DNA from: a virus
Taxonomy: Duplodnaviria > Caudoviricetes
Length of the DNA: 41,541 bases
Reading direction: 5' to 3' (one strand)
IMG/VR virus record: IMGVR_UViG_3300026187_000030
Coordinates: 1 to 41,541 of that record
Shown in pieces: positions 26,668 through 35,583 of the stretch. Both the position numbers and the translations under genes were made by a program. Position 1 is the first letter of the stretch. The number at the start of each line of letters is the position of its first letter. The notes beneath the pieces are model-generated. The model did no database searches and was not told where the DNA came from. It saw only the letters and a list, made by a program, of their open reading frames with translations.

Positions 26668-27734
26668 TATTCATCTCCTGTTGTTTCACTAACTGTGCTG
26701 TTTGCACTTAATATTTCTTCAAACTCAGACATAACCATATCCATTAACTCTCCAGTCCATTGCTTACGATAATGTTTATGTTCTGTACCTGCTTTGTCAA
26801 CATATTTTAAACGATTTCCTTCTTTAACAAGTAGTCCTTTTTTCTCAAATAAATCAACAAGACCACTGTAAGGATCCATTCCAGATTCATATGGAATTTT
26901 AACCTGTACTGATTCAAAAGGTTTGTTAAATCTAGTTTTCATTACTTTAATTGCTGATCTAATACCAGTAACGTCAGATATTTTATTTCCATCTTCATCT
27001 TCTTTTAATTTAAGTTTTTTCATAGCAATCACAACTGAACTTGCATACACAAATCCTTGTCCACCTGATATTTTGTCATCTGGATCAAACATGTCTTGTG
27101 ATGCGTATGTGTGATTGGTTGCTACCAAACCAATGTTATGACTACCAAATCTATTAACACAGTTTCTAATCAATGCTGTTAATGATTTGGCTTTTCTACC
27201 AAGGTCACCTTTCATATCACCTTTTTCAAATTGATCTCTGTCAGTTGGTGTCAACAACATACCTAAACTGTCAATTACAAATAGAATTTTTGGTTTATCT
27301 GCTTCTTCTTTACCATCATATTCTTTGCTGTAATTTGTTATAAAATCACTAATAATTTTTGCAACATCATCAACCATTGCCACATTAATTCTTAAAAGTT
27401 TTTCTGGCGATGTGTCTACTCCAAGAGCTTGTAACCAATCTTCATGTAGTGCATTTTCTGAATCTAATGCCACACAAAATATTCCTTGCTCCTGTGCATT
27501 TTTGATAATGTTACCTGATGCAATCAAACTCTTACCAGAACCTGATTCACCTGCTAACATGGTCACACGACCTAGTGGAATACCTCTTTGAAAATCTCCA
27601 CTGATCAAATAATTTAATGTATAATTTCCTGTTGAAACCCAAGTGTTAGGATCTGATTCAAACCCAACACTAATTCCTTGAATGTTTTTTGTTAAACTTG
27701 TTCTAAATTTACTTACGTCAAACGGTCTTACCAT
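26667..27734 (-). CDS. uvsX: RecA-like recombinase UvsX
   Basis: AGESGSGKS, LDSENAL, VIDSLG, TNHTY, SGGQGFVYASS, KTRF. Confidence 0.93.
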   Translation of the reverse strand: MVRPFDVSKFRTSLTKNIQGISVGFESDPNTWVSTGNYTLNYLISGDFQRGIPLGRVTMLAGESGSGKSLIASGNIIKNAQEQGIFCVALDSENALHEDWLQALGVDTSPEKLLRINVAMVDDVAKIISDFITNYSKEYDGKEEADKPKILFVIDSLGMLLTPTDRDQFEKGDMKGDLGRKAKSLTALIRNCVNRFGSHNIGLVATNHTYASQDMFDPDDKISGGQGFVYASSVVIAMKKLKLKEDEDGNKISDVTGIRSAIKVMKTRFNKPFESVQVKIPYESGMDPYSGLVDLFEKKGLLVKEGNRLKYVDKAGTEHKHYRKQWTGELMDMVMSEFEEILSANSTVSETTGDE

Positions 27735-27751
27735 TATAAACTCCTTCTGCT

Positions 27752-27782
27752 AAAAAGTAGTGCATGAATAACATGCACTACT
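27752..27782 (-). terminator. intrinsic terminator after the SSB gene
   Basis: Perfect 11-bp stem AGTAGTGCATG/CATGCACTACT, 5-nt loop, followed by a T run on the minus strand. Confidence 0.8.
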
Positions 27783-27796
27783 AATAGTTTTAACAT

Positions 27797-28873
27797 TTAT
27801 TTGCTTGATTGTCTAGCTCTGATCATTGCCAAAATGTCATCTGCTGATCCTGATCCACTAGCAGTAGCAGGTGCAGTTTGCTCAGCCATTGCTGGTTGAG
27901 TTTCTTGAACTGTTTCTGTTACTGGTGCAGTTGCTGGTGCAGTTGCTGGTGCAACTGGTTGTGCCACTGCTGGTTGTGGAGCCACATTTTCAACTGTGGT
28001 TGCTGTAGTTGTACTTGCCACAGATGCCGTTGCTGGCGCTGTAGTTGTACTTGCCACAGATGATTTTTGTGAAGATCCTGCCACACTATAACCGGTTGGT
28101 TTATAGTATTGTGCGAATCTGTCTGGATCGTAAAGTTCACCATCTACAGATGCTTTAAATAGTTCTTGCATGATTGCAACTTCATCTGCTGAAGGTTTCT
28201 TTGGCATGTAATCTGAAAGATTGTGCAATCCAAATTTATCAATTGCTCCTCTTTCTGTTTCAGAAAGACTTCTTGCTTTAAACGACCAAGTAGAAGTTGA
28301 ATAATCTGCATAACCACCTTTTTGAGTTTTGGTTAATTTGAAATCTCTACCTGCTTCGTAATCAGTTGGAAGATCTTCCATGTCAGGATTCATCAATGCT
28401 GATCTAATGATATTAAAAATTGACGGATTAATTACAAAACGTCTAATTGGATTTTCAGGTATAGTATCTTCATCAAGTGTTGAATTTACTACAAAGCCTT
28501 GGAAAATGTAACTTCTTTTCTTCCAATACTTTCTACCCATATCTTCAAGACTTGGATCTTTGAACCAAGTTCTTACTTCAGATAAGATTGGGCAAGGTTC
28601 ACTAAACATTTCCATACAAGGTATTTGTACTATTGTTGGTTTTGTGTCTTGTGCGCCTTTAATTCCTGGAAAAGGTAATTTAATCATTGCTCTTTCTTGC
28701 CAGAAAAAAGTGTTACTTGAATCACCATCTGGTAAGAATCTTAGTGTTGATGTAGTGCCTTCTGCTATATTCCAGAACGGAAAAATTGCGTTGTCTGATG
28801 CGAGTCCAGTACTGGCTGATGTTTTCTTTTCTTGTTCTGCCAATTTGGCTCTAATTTCTGCTAACGTTGCCAT
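27797..28873 (-). CDS. single-stranded DNA-binding protein (T4 gp32-like)
   Basis: LRFLPD, C..M...CPI, YWKKRSY, GRDFKLTKT..GGYADYSTS; low-complexity linker; DDILAMIRAR end. Confidence 0.9.
   Translation of the reverse strand: MATLAEIRAKLAEQEKKTSASTGLASDNAIFPFWNIAEGTTSTLRFLPDGDSSNTFFWQERAMIKLPFPGIKGAQDTKPTIVQIPCMEMFSEPCPILSEVRTWFKDPSLEDMGRKYWKKRSYIFQGFVVNSTLDEDTIPENPIRRFVINPSIFNIIRSALMNPDMEDLPTDYEAGRDFKLTKTQKGGYADYSTSTWSFKARSLSETERGAIDKFGLHNLSDYMPKKPSADEVAIMQELFKASVDGELYDPDRFAQYYKPTGYSVAGSSQKSSVASTTTAPATASVASTTTATTVENVAPQPAVAQPVAPATAPATAPVTETVQETQPAMAEQTAPATASGSGSADDILAMIRARQSSK
27926..28062. repeat. intragenic repeats in the SSB linker
   Basis: 25-bp exact direct repeat GCTGTAGTTGTACTTGCCACAGATG at 28002 and 28038; 12-bp TGCAGTTGCTGG units near 27926-27958. 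Confidence 0.85.
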
Positions 28874-28890
28874 AGTTTTTGTCTCCTTTG

Positions 28891-28958
28891 TGCATATGTT
28901 TGCCTATGTTTGCCTATATTTGCCTGTTAGTGCTTTAATGTTCTAACATTAAACACTA
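28891..28958 (-). promoter_or_regulatory. SSB 5' leader: hairpin followed by 3.5 copies of a 10-nt repeat before the SD
   Basis: Plus strand TGCATATGTT TGCCTATGTT TGCCTATATT TGCCT (28891-28925); inverted repeat 28928-28958. Confidence 0.7.
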
Positions 28959-28986
28959 CTATATTTATCTTTTGATAAAAAGTCAA
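28958..28986 (-). promoter_or_regulatory. composite SSB promoter TTGACT-17-TATAGT with overlapping TAAATA
   Basis: -35 at 28986-28981, -10 at 28963-28958, TAAATA at 28967-28962. Confidence 0.65.
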
Positions 28987-29013
28987 CCTGAATATTTAGG
29001 TAATTTTCCAACT

Positions 29014-29886
29014 TTATAGTAAAGTTTTGTATATTGGTGTTAAACACACCCTGTTTATACCGTTTTCTCTTTTAAATCTATCCCATGCAGTGTCATTAGT
29101 TGTACCTACTAAAAAACTATCACTGGGTACTAGATCAAAATGTTCACATATTTGTTTTTGTAAATTTTGATACTTTTGCTTTTTTTCAAACACTGTGCTG
29201 TGTGATATCACTGTGTCAAACACGTCTATTATTGTGGAATTAAAATATCCAGCACCTTGAATTTCACGTTGTAATAATTCTTCTTTTTTTGAAAAACGTA
29301 CACCTGCTCTGAGCAGATTAACACCATATGCTTTTGAACAACTCCAAAACACTTGTTCAACACAGTCATACATTTTAATTTTGTTTTCTCCAGTTGTTCC
29401 TCCAAATGCAAGATCCAAATAAATTGGACACAAATCTCTTGAACCAACTTCGTCATATCTTGGATCAAAGTTTCCTGTAGCACTAAAAGGATTACTCATG
29501 TATAACGGAACACCAGGCAACAAACTGTTAACAGATGTAGCAACATTGACTGGTTTGTTTAATATTGTTGGATAACGATACTCACCTTCAAATATTTGAT
29601 ACTGTTTGATTTTGATAGCAAAATGATCAATGCTTTCATGTATACCATTTGTAGGATAACAAAAATCAAAACTGTTGACATTAATCAAAGGATGTAAATA
29701 CTTTTTTATTTTTTTAGCACACTCTATCCAACGTTTGCTTCTTTTATCTTTTATTGGTACATGAGATTGATCTGTACTGTCAACATAGTCACCAAGTTTG
29801 TTATCTAAACTTGTTTTAATATCTTTATCAATAATAGAATGTATTGCTTTACTTGTACCAAAATCTTTGTTTGTTATATGCTTCAT
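29014..29886 (-). CDS. PLP-dependent fold-type I enzyme (aminotransferase class I/II-like)
   Basis: TNGIHESI, SNPFSATGN, YLDLAF (PLP Asp), SCSKAYG...RAG (Schiff-base Lys); short at 290 aa. Confidence 0.78.
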   Translation of the reverse strand: MKHITNKDFGTSKAIHSIIDKDIKTSLDNKLGDYVDSTDQSHVPIKDKRSKRWIECAKKIKKYLHPLINVNSFDFCYPTNGIHESIDHFAIKIKQYQIFEGEYRYPTILNKPVNVATSVNSLLPGVPLYMSNPFSATGNFDPRYDEVGSRDLCPIYLDLAFGGTTGENKIKMYDCVEQVFWSCSKAYGVNLLRAGVRFSKKEELLQREIQGAGYFNSTIIDVFDTVISHSTVFEKKQKYQNLQKQICEHFDLVPSDSFLVGTTNDTAWDRFKRENGINRVCLTPIYKTLL

Positions 29887-30506
29887 AATATTTTACCTTT
29901 GCTTAACACTTCTGTTGTGTCAAGTTTTTGTCCATTATGATTATAATAAACCACATTTGTTTTTGGTTGCCATTTGTAATTAGAATCTTGTAAATTGATA
30001 CTGTAAAAATATTGCAAGTAATCTGATTTAGGAGAAACTTTAAACAAACAGTCTGGTTCTAGTTTTAAATTTGTGTACCACTCTGTTTGTGTCCATTTTT
30101 TAAAAGCAGGATCAATCATTTGTTTTTTGCGTTGATACAATGCATTAATGGCTCTGTTTTTAATATCTACTGTGATGTACAATATTTTATATCCATGTTC
30201 TCTTGCCCAAGCAATTTGATGATCAGCAACCATAAGTCCACAGTGTGTATGACGCCATGGCTTCAATATGTGATAACGACAAACTCTGGCCGCTATGTCT
30301 TCATCACCTGTGTAGTGTGATGGTTCTACTGCTGATATTGATATTAATTGTTCGCCAGCAAACACCATCCAAGTTACTATGTTAGGATTGTCTGGATCAT
30401 ACTTGTCATGTGCAAGACTTTGATTGCCTTCTTTGAAAGTTTCTTCTCTAAACTTTTCTATTTGCTCTTTGTAACTGCTGTCGTATACTTTTACTTCAAG
30501 TTCCAT
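29883..30506 (-). CDS. GNAT-family acyltransferase
   Basis: LISISAV, RYHILKPWRHTHCG (acyl-CoA loop variant), WAREHGYKILYITVD..NRAINALY. Confidence 0.78.
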   Translation of the reverse strand: MELEVKVYDSSYKEQIEKFREETFKEGNQSLAHDKYDPDNPNIVTWMVFAGEQLISISAVEPSHYTGDEDIAARVCRYHILKPWRHTHCGLMVADHQIAWAREHGYKILYITVDIKNRAINALYQRKKQMIDPAFKKWTQTEWYTNLKLEPDCLFKVSPKSDYLQYFYSINLQDSNYKWQPKTNVVYYNHNGQKLDTTEVLSKGKIL

Positions 30507-31090
30507 TTATTTTTCCAATCAGTGTATATCTGTTGCCACTTTGAACTTGTTTTGTTATCGTAAGACAAATATCGTTGTATAATTTCTGCATCTTGTTTGT
30601 AAAATTCTTCATTTCCTGGTACAACATTTTCCCAACCACTATTAAAACATTTTGTATAAACAACATTAGCACCAAGTTTTGTTAATATTTCTTTTGTTGC
30701 AGGAAAATGTCTATCACCACCTTCTTTAGCGGCAGGAGTAAATGTCAACAACACAGTTGTTTTTCTGCTAAATGGATACTGTGTGCCTAAGTTAGCATTC
30801 ATATAACCTTTTACCACTAACCAATCTAAAAAGTTTTTAAATGCCGCACCCATTTGTGTAGTCATTTCTGGCACAGCAAACACAAACTGATCATACTCAT
30901 ATAACTTTGTGATAAGTTTATCTACCTGTTCTGGTACAATACCATCTGACGCATTTGAATTGATAACAGGTATATCATAGTTTGCCAAACTGTCTACATC
31001 AAATGCACAGTGTTTGCTCAACAGTTGTAAACCTTTATAGTTCATACTGTCTGGAGATGCACTGCCACTCAATGCTATTGTTTTTATCAT
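30491..31090 (-). CDS. NAD(P)H-dependent FMN reductase (SsuE/ChrR-type flavodoxin fold)
   Basis: LSGSASPDSMN, FVFAVPEM, AAFKNFLDWL. Confidence 0.85.
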   Translation of the reverse strand: MIKTIALSGSASPDSMNYKGLQLLSKHCAFDVDSLANYDIPVINSNASDGIVPEQVDKLITKLYEYDQFVFAVPEMTTQMGAAFKNFLDWLVVKGYMNANLGTQYPFSRKTTVLLTFTPAAKEGGDRHFPATKEILTKLGANVVYTKCFNSGWENVVPGNEEFYKQDAEIIQRYLSYDNKTSSKWQQIYTDWKNKWNLK

Positions 31091-31725
31091 ACTTCAATGT
31101 CCACTATCAATCGTTTACCAGCAAATATTTCACAGTCTAACAAATATTCTTTATAATTTTTATATTTGTCTTTGTACAAATTCATTTCTTTTGTTATTGT
31201 TTTTAATACTATTCTTTCATCCCAGTGACGTTGCTCATGATAAGGCTCTTGTATAATGGCATATTTTGTTTTGTAGAAGTCAACAAGTTCATCAAATAAA
31301 TCAATGTGTTTGTTTTTTTCATAAAGTAATACTCCACTAAACACCACATGATCAACATCAAAATTAACTGATATACTATCTTTATTATTCCAAGTTGTGT
31401 TTCTGTATTCTATATTGCTATGTGATTTCCAAGTTTCTTTTGCAATCTCTATAGGTTCAACTGATGTATCAAACCCCATGTAATTGTAATCAGTATAACC
31501 TTTTTCGTATAGTATTTTATTAATAGGTCCATGGCGACAACCTACATCAACAATACCTTTTGACTGTTTTTCTATTATTATGTCTGCTTGTTTTTCAAAA
31601 ATAGGTTTTGCTTCAAGTGTGTCTAAATATGACATACTTTCAAATTTATAATCTTCTTTTAACGGAACTACAATTTCAGTTTCAGTTTGATTATGTATTG
31701 TGGGCCATGGCACTTTGTGGTTCAT
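31087..31725 (-). CDS. class I SAM-dependent methyltransferase
   Basis: IVDVGCRHG, YMGFDTS, DHVVFSGVLLY. Start probably at MNHKVPW. Confidence 0.85.
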   Translation of the reverse strand: MNHKVPWPTIHNQTETEIVVPLKEDYKFESMSYLDTLEAKPIFEKQADIIIEKQSKGIVDVGCRHGPINKILYEKGYTDYNYMGFDTSVEPIEIAKETWKSHSNIEYRNTTWNNKDSISVNFDVDHVVFSGVLLYEKNKHIDLFDELVDFYKTKYAIIQEPYHEQRHWDERIVLKTITKEMNLYKDKYKNYKEYLLDCEIFAGKRLIVDIEV

Positions 31726-32539
31726 TTTTTTCCTCATAAACATTTTTGAAATCAGATGCTAATCTCCATAATAATCTACTGTTATCAAGCACAGGAGTTC
31801 TACGATGTAAACTAGTAAACTGATCCATTAAAAGCAAATCACCTTTTTTGAAAATATGATGATATTGATATTTTGATCTAAAAATAATTGGTTTTAGTCT
31901 TTCAATCATTTTTTCATGATCAATTAGTGTTTTGCCTTCCCATGCCTTTACAATAAAGTGATATGGAAAATAAAAATAGTAGTCGCCTGTATGAGGATGT
32001 CTATCAACTAAACTTCTGATACTGCCTTTGTTTTTACTCATAAACTCAAGTTCAGGATCGTCTTCTTCTAAATTATAGATAGTGTTATTTTGAAACTTTA
32101 ATCTTATTTTAATACTTTTCCAATATTCTTGTTCATCTTGTGATAGATCATAAAACGGTTTGGATGTGTGACAAACACTTAAAGTTGTATTAATATCTTC
32201 TGTGATACAGTACAAACTGATTAAAATTTTATCAATTAAATGTCTTGAATTACCGTTTGAGTGCCAACCTAATTCTGTATCACCAAACATACCAATTTTT
32301 TTACCATCAACTTTTTTACCTGTCACTAAAAATATTTCAGGATGATCTTTTGGATTCATAAACAAGCCAGGTGCTTCACAATCGCCAAATCTTTTTTGCA
32401 TCTTAACTATTTGTTCTTCAGTAAACTGTTGATCATAAAATACTGCACAACCTTCACTGTGTATTTGTTGTGATATCTGTTTTAATCTTTCGTCAGTTAC
32501 TTCAAGTATATTTTCTGTGGTTCTAAATGGATTTATCAT
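31691..32539 (-). CDS. TauD/TfdA-family Fe(II)/2OG dioxygenase-like protein with atypical H-x-N motif
   Basis: GWHSNG, LVDRHPHTG, GDLLLMDQFTSLHRR, RLLWR. Confidence 0.85.
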   Translation of the reverse strand: MINPFRTTENILEVTDERLKQISQQIHSEGCAVFYDQQFTEEQIVKMQKRFGDCEAPGLFMNPKDHPEIFLVTGKKVDGKKIGMFGDTELGWHSNGNSRHLIDKILISLYCITEDINTTLSVCHTSKPFYDLSQDEQEYWKSIKIRLKFQNNTIYNLEEDDPELEFMSKNKGSIRSLVDRHPHTGDYYFYFPYHFIVKAWEGKTLIDHEKMIERLKPIIFRSKYQYHHIFKKGDLLLMDQFTSLHRRTPVLDNSRLLWRLASDFKNVYEEKNEPQSAMAHNT

Positions 32540-33186
32540 AATATGCTTTCTACCTTTTTTTTAAATGTTTGATAATCAATCTCAGCAGGAATATTATTCC
32601 ATCTTGTAACCCAAGCACATCTTGGTGCTTCTGTTACTATAACTCTATGCATAGTATTTGTTTCTAATAATATGCACTTGTCAAAGACTTCAATCTCTCC
32701 AATTTTTCTTTCTTGTAGAAAATTTTCATAATCTTCTTTATTCATAGCAGTTCTATTTTTAAATTCCCAATAATACCAATGACCATGAACATCTTTTTCT
32801 GGTAAAAATATTTCATCTCTATTGGTTTCAAAATATTCTATAACAGATCTACCAAAAACAGGTATTACTAAATTATAATAATTAGGATGTTCTAAATGAA
32901 AGTCAATATCTGCGTGTGCATACAAATCTTTTTTTACATCATCACTAAAATTAAAACCTGTATCTCTTCTTTTTATATGTGGGTGAACTTTTTTGTGTTC
33001 ATCAAGCAACGGTTTAAATGTTTCAAGATACGTGTCTTCACCTGTTGCACGATCCTCTAACGAATAACTCGTCCATTGTGTTTTACCAAAACTATTATAA
33101 TAGTCAGCATTGACTTGTTTAAAAAGTGATTTAATTAAATCCATGTCAGGATGGATATCGATATATTCAGCAATATTTTTTATCAT
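32536..33186 (-). CDS. DSBH Fe(II)/2OG oxygenase-like protein
   Basis: HAD...NLVIPV...TNTMHRV...PR pattern (HxD...H...R). Confidence 0.65.
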   Translation of the reverse strand: MIKNIAEYIDIHPDMDLIKSLFKQVNADYYNSFGKTQWTSYSLEDRATGEDTYLETFKPLLDEHKKVHPHIKRRDTGFNFSDDVKKDLYAHADIDFHLEHPNYYNLVIPVFGRSVIEYFETNRDEIFLPEKDVHGHWYYWEFKNRTAMNKEDYENFLQERKIGEIEVFDKCILLETNTMHRVIVTEAPRCAWVTRWNNIPAEIDYQTFKKKVESIL

Positions 33187-33197
33187 TTTTAATACCT

Positions 33198-33929
33198 TTA
33201 CACTGTTGCAAGTGTTTGTATGTCTTCTTGTGTTGGCAAAGAAAACATCAATGCAATTCTGTCTTCTGTTCCTTCATGCACAACTGAATGTTTTAATCCA
33301 ACATTTAAAAAATATGCTGATCCATTTGCTGGCATTTCATGAGTTTCTTCAACACCTCTACGCCATACTTTGTTATAAACTTTGTCTGTTCCTTGTATTG
33401 GTACAATGACTCTAACTGCATACTCTGGTCCATAATCAATGTGTGGTGTTAAAAACTTACCACAACGTATTCTTGAAAGTCTAACTCTAATTGGTGTTGC
33501 GTTAAACTGACTTTCAATGGCTTCTTTTAAATATGAATTTTTATAAATTGGCAAAGGATGGTGCCAATTGTGTTCATTCATTGGTGCTGGAAGACCTTCT
33601 AACCTACGAGTTTTTGTTCTATATTTTTCTGTTTTTGATTTTCCTAGTGACTCGCTGTTTGCTGTAATTTTACATTCATTTCTTAATTCTGTTAAATCTA
33701 AAACATCATTCAATGACTCTTGATAATAAGTCAAATTAATCTGATCAAAGTGGTGATAATTGTCTGAAGCAAGTTCTTCATGCACTGCACAAAGTCCTCT
33801 ATTTGCTTGATATACGTTTACCCACTCTTTATTTAAACGTACAACCTCTTCTCTAAGTTTTTCAATATCAAACTTAATTCCTGGAATTGGTGCTACACTT
33901 GGTAATTGATATTTTGTTCTAATTTCCAT
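33198..33929 (-). CDS. aspartyl/asparaginyl beta-hydroxylase-family Fe(II)/2OG oxygenase
   Basis: RVRLSRI..G..LTPHID, RVIVPI, GSAYFLNVGLKHSVVH.G..DRIAL. Confidence 0.8.
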   Translation of the reverse strand: MEIRTKYQLPSVAPIPGIKFDIEKLREEVVRLNKEWVNVYQANRGLCAVHEELASDNYHHFDQINLTYYQESLNDVLDLTELRNECKITANSESLGKSKTEKYRTKTRRLEGLPAPMNEHNWHHPLPIYKNSYLKEAIESQFNATPIRVRLSRIRCGKFLTPHIDYGPEYAVRVIVPIQGTDKVYNKVWRRGVEETHEMPANGSAYFLNVGLKHSVVHEGTEDRIALMFSLPTQEDIQTLATV

Positions 33930-33948
33930 TTCTATTTCCTCAGTACTA

Positions 33949-34695
33949 TTATATATTTACTGCCTCAGTTTTGCAATCTTTTTTTGCTAAAAGAGGTACA
34001 ACATATTTTCCACCAATATCCCATGGTCCTAGTACCACTCTACTTGTATCATCATGATGATTGTCATGATATCCTTCACCCCACATGATCATATTACTTG
34101 TAAAATCAATTGTAGTTGGTTCTGCTGTTTTACCACTGTGGCCAAAATAGTTTAGATAAGTCAAAAAGAACCATGCATGAGTAAAATTAAATGCCATCCA
34201 CACAACCAACCAAGGATTGATCAATGCATGAAGTACTACTGCCGCACTGTATAGTTTCCAATAGTGTTTGGTTGTAAACACAGCATCTTTTTTACGTAAA
34301 AATCTTCTCATTGGTATTGTGCCTTGTGGTGTTTGATATCTACCCATCAGCATCTTCCACCAGCCCAAATGTTTAGGCGAGTGTGTGTCTAGTTCTGAAT
34401 CTGTGTACTTGTGATGATTTAGATGTGCAACCACATTGTGTCCTGGAGGTCCCACAGCACTTATTACAGTTGATACCAATAATATTTTTCTACCTATCCA
34501 ACTTGGTTCAAACTGATCATGACACAACCATCTGTGATATGCGATCTGTGCCAAGTTGTTTGTGATGTGACCAACTAACGTAAAAATCAATGCAAGTTCC
34601 CATGATCCGCCCATAATAAAATAAGCAGGAATACCCACAACTGCGATGACAAACATCACTACAATTTTCAATGTTACCCAATCAATATACTTCAT
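33949..34695 (-). CDS. membrane fatty-acid desaturase (delta-9-like), copy 2
   Basis: His boxes HRWLCH, HLNHH...DTHSP, GEGYHDNHH; TM segments. Confidence 0.9.
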   Translation of the reverse strand: MKYIDWVTLKIVVMFVIAVVGIPAYFIMGGSWELALIFTLVGHITNNLAQIAYHRWLCHDQFEPSWIGRKILLVSTVISAVGPPGHNVVAHLNHHKYTDSELDTHSPKHLGWWKMLMGRYQTPQGTIPMRRFLRKKDAVFTTKHYWKLYSAAVVLHALINPWLVVWMAFNFTHAWFFLTYLNYFGHSGKTAEPTTIDFTSNMIMWGEGYHDNHHDDTSRVVLGPWDIGGKYVVPLLAKKDCKTEAVNI

Positions 34696-34699
34696 GTGT

Positions 34700-35485
34700 T
34701 TACTCTTTGATGTATCCTTTGTTTATGTGTGTGTTTAAAGGTTGTTTAACTTCAAGTAATTTAATAAACCAACCACCTATGTCGACCTCCCACCATTTGT
34801 GTTTGAAACTTGGATTTTGTGGATCAGCATGATGATTGTTGTGCCAACCTTCTCCCCACATTAAGATACCAAGCAAAGGTATGTTGGTTGAATTATCATT
34901 TGTTTCATGATTTCTATAACCAAACATGTGTGTCAATGTGTTGATAAACGATCCTGCATTCCATAAAATCATTGCTGGAAATAAGTATGCCGCAACCAAC
35001 AACATAGGATCAATCAATAACCATACACCTGCTATCACACCATGAATTAAAAAATACCATCTGTGTAAAAATGAGTGAAAAGGATCTTTGATCAAATGCA
35101 TGGCATATCTTGGACTTGGTGTTTCAAACATGCTCAACCACTGCACTTTAAAAAATCCTTGATGTTCTGGAGAGTGTGGATCTCGTTCTTGATCAGTGAA
35201 GTGATGATGTTCTCTGTGAACAGCAACCCAACCAATTGTGGAACCAGTCAATCCATAAGCACCTGCCAATGATCCAAAGTATTCATACCATTTAGGTGCG
35301 TTCCAACTCTTATGTGATAGTAGTCTATGAAATGTCATTGTCATTCCAAAACAACCAGTTATAAAATATACAAAAAATCCTATTAACCAATGATACCAAC
35401 TGCCGTACATGATCATAGGAATAATGCTCAAGTGTGCTATAATTTGGCTAAAAAATAACGCCCATTTAAAATAATTTTGTTTCAT
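34700..35485 (-). CDS. membrane fatty-acid desaturase (delta-9-like), copy 1
   Basis: His boxes HRLLSH, HREHH...DPHSP, GEGWHNNHH; WWEVDIG. Confidence 0.93.
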   Translation of the reverse strand: MKQNYFKWALFFSQIIAHLSIIPMIMYGSWYHWLIGFFVYFITGCFGMTMTFHRLLSHKSWNAPKWYEYFGSLAGAYGLTGSTIGWVAVHREHHHFTDQERDPHSPEHQGFFKVQWLSMFETPSPRYAMHLIKDPFHSFLHRWYFLIHGVIAGVWLLIDPMLLVAAYLFPAMILWNAGSFINTLTHMFGYRNHETNDNSTNIPLLGILMWGEGWHNNHHADPQNPSFKHKWWEVDIGGWFIKLLEVKQPLNTHINKGYIKE

Positions 35486-35534
35486 AAGTTTTATTATACA
35501 TTCTTTTTAAAAGTTTACAAGTTAATTATAATGA

Positions 35535-35540
35535 TATTTA
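35535..35540 (-). promoter_or_regulatory. late box TAAATA upstream of the desaturase operon (second box at 33959-33954)
   Basis: AATAAATATC in the intergenic gap. AT-rich background lowers certainty. Confidence 0.45.
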
Positions 35541-35583
35541 TTACAGTTTTCGGGACTGATATAAACTGCTATTTTAATAATGT

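Noticed and set aside
28891-28925. Tandem repeat as a mini-CRISPR
   Set aside because: The units are 10 bp and contiguous, with no spacers.
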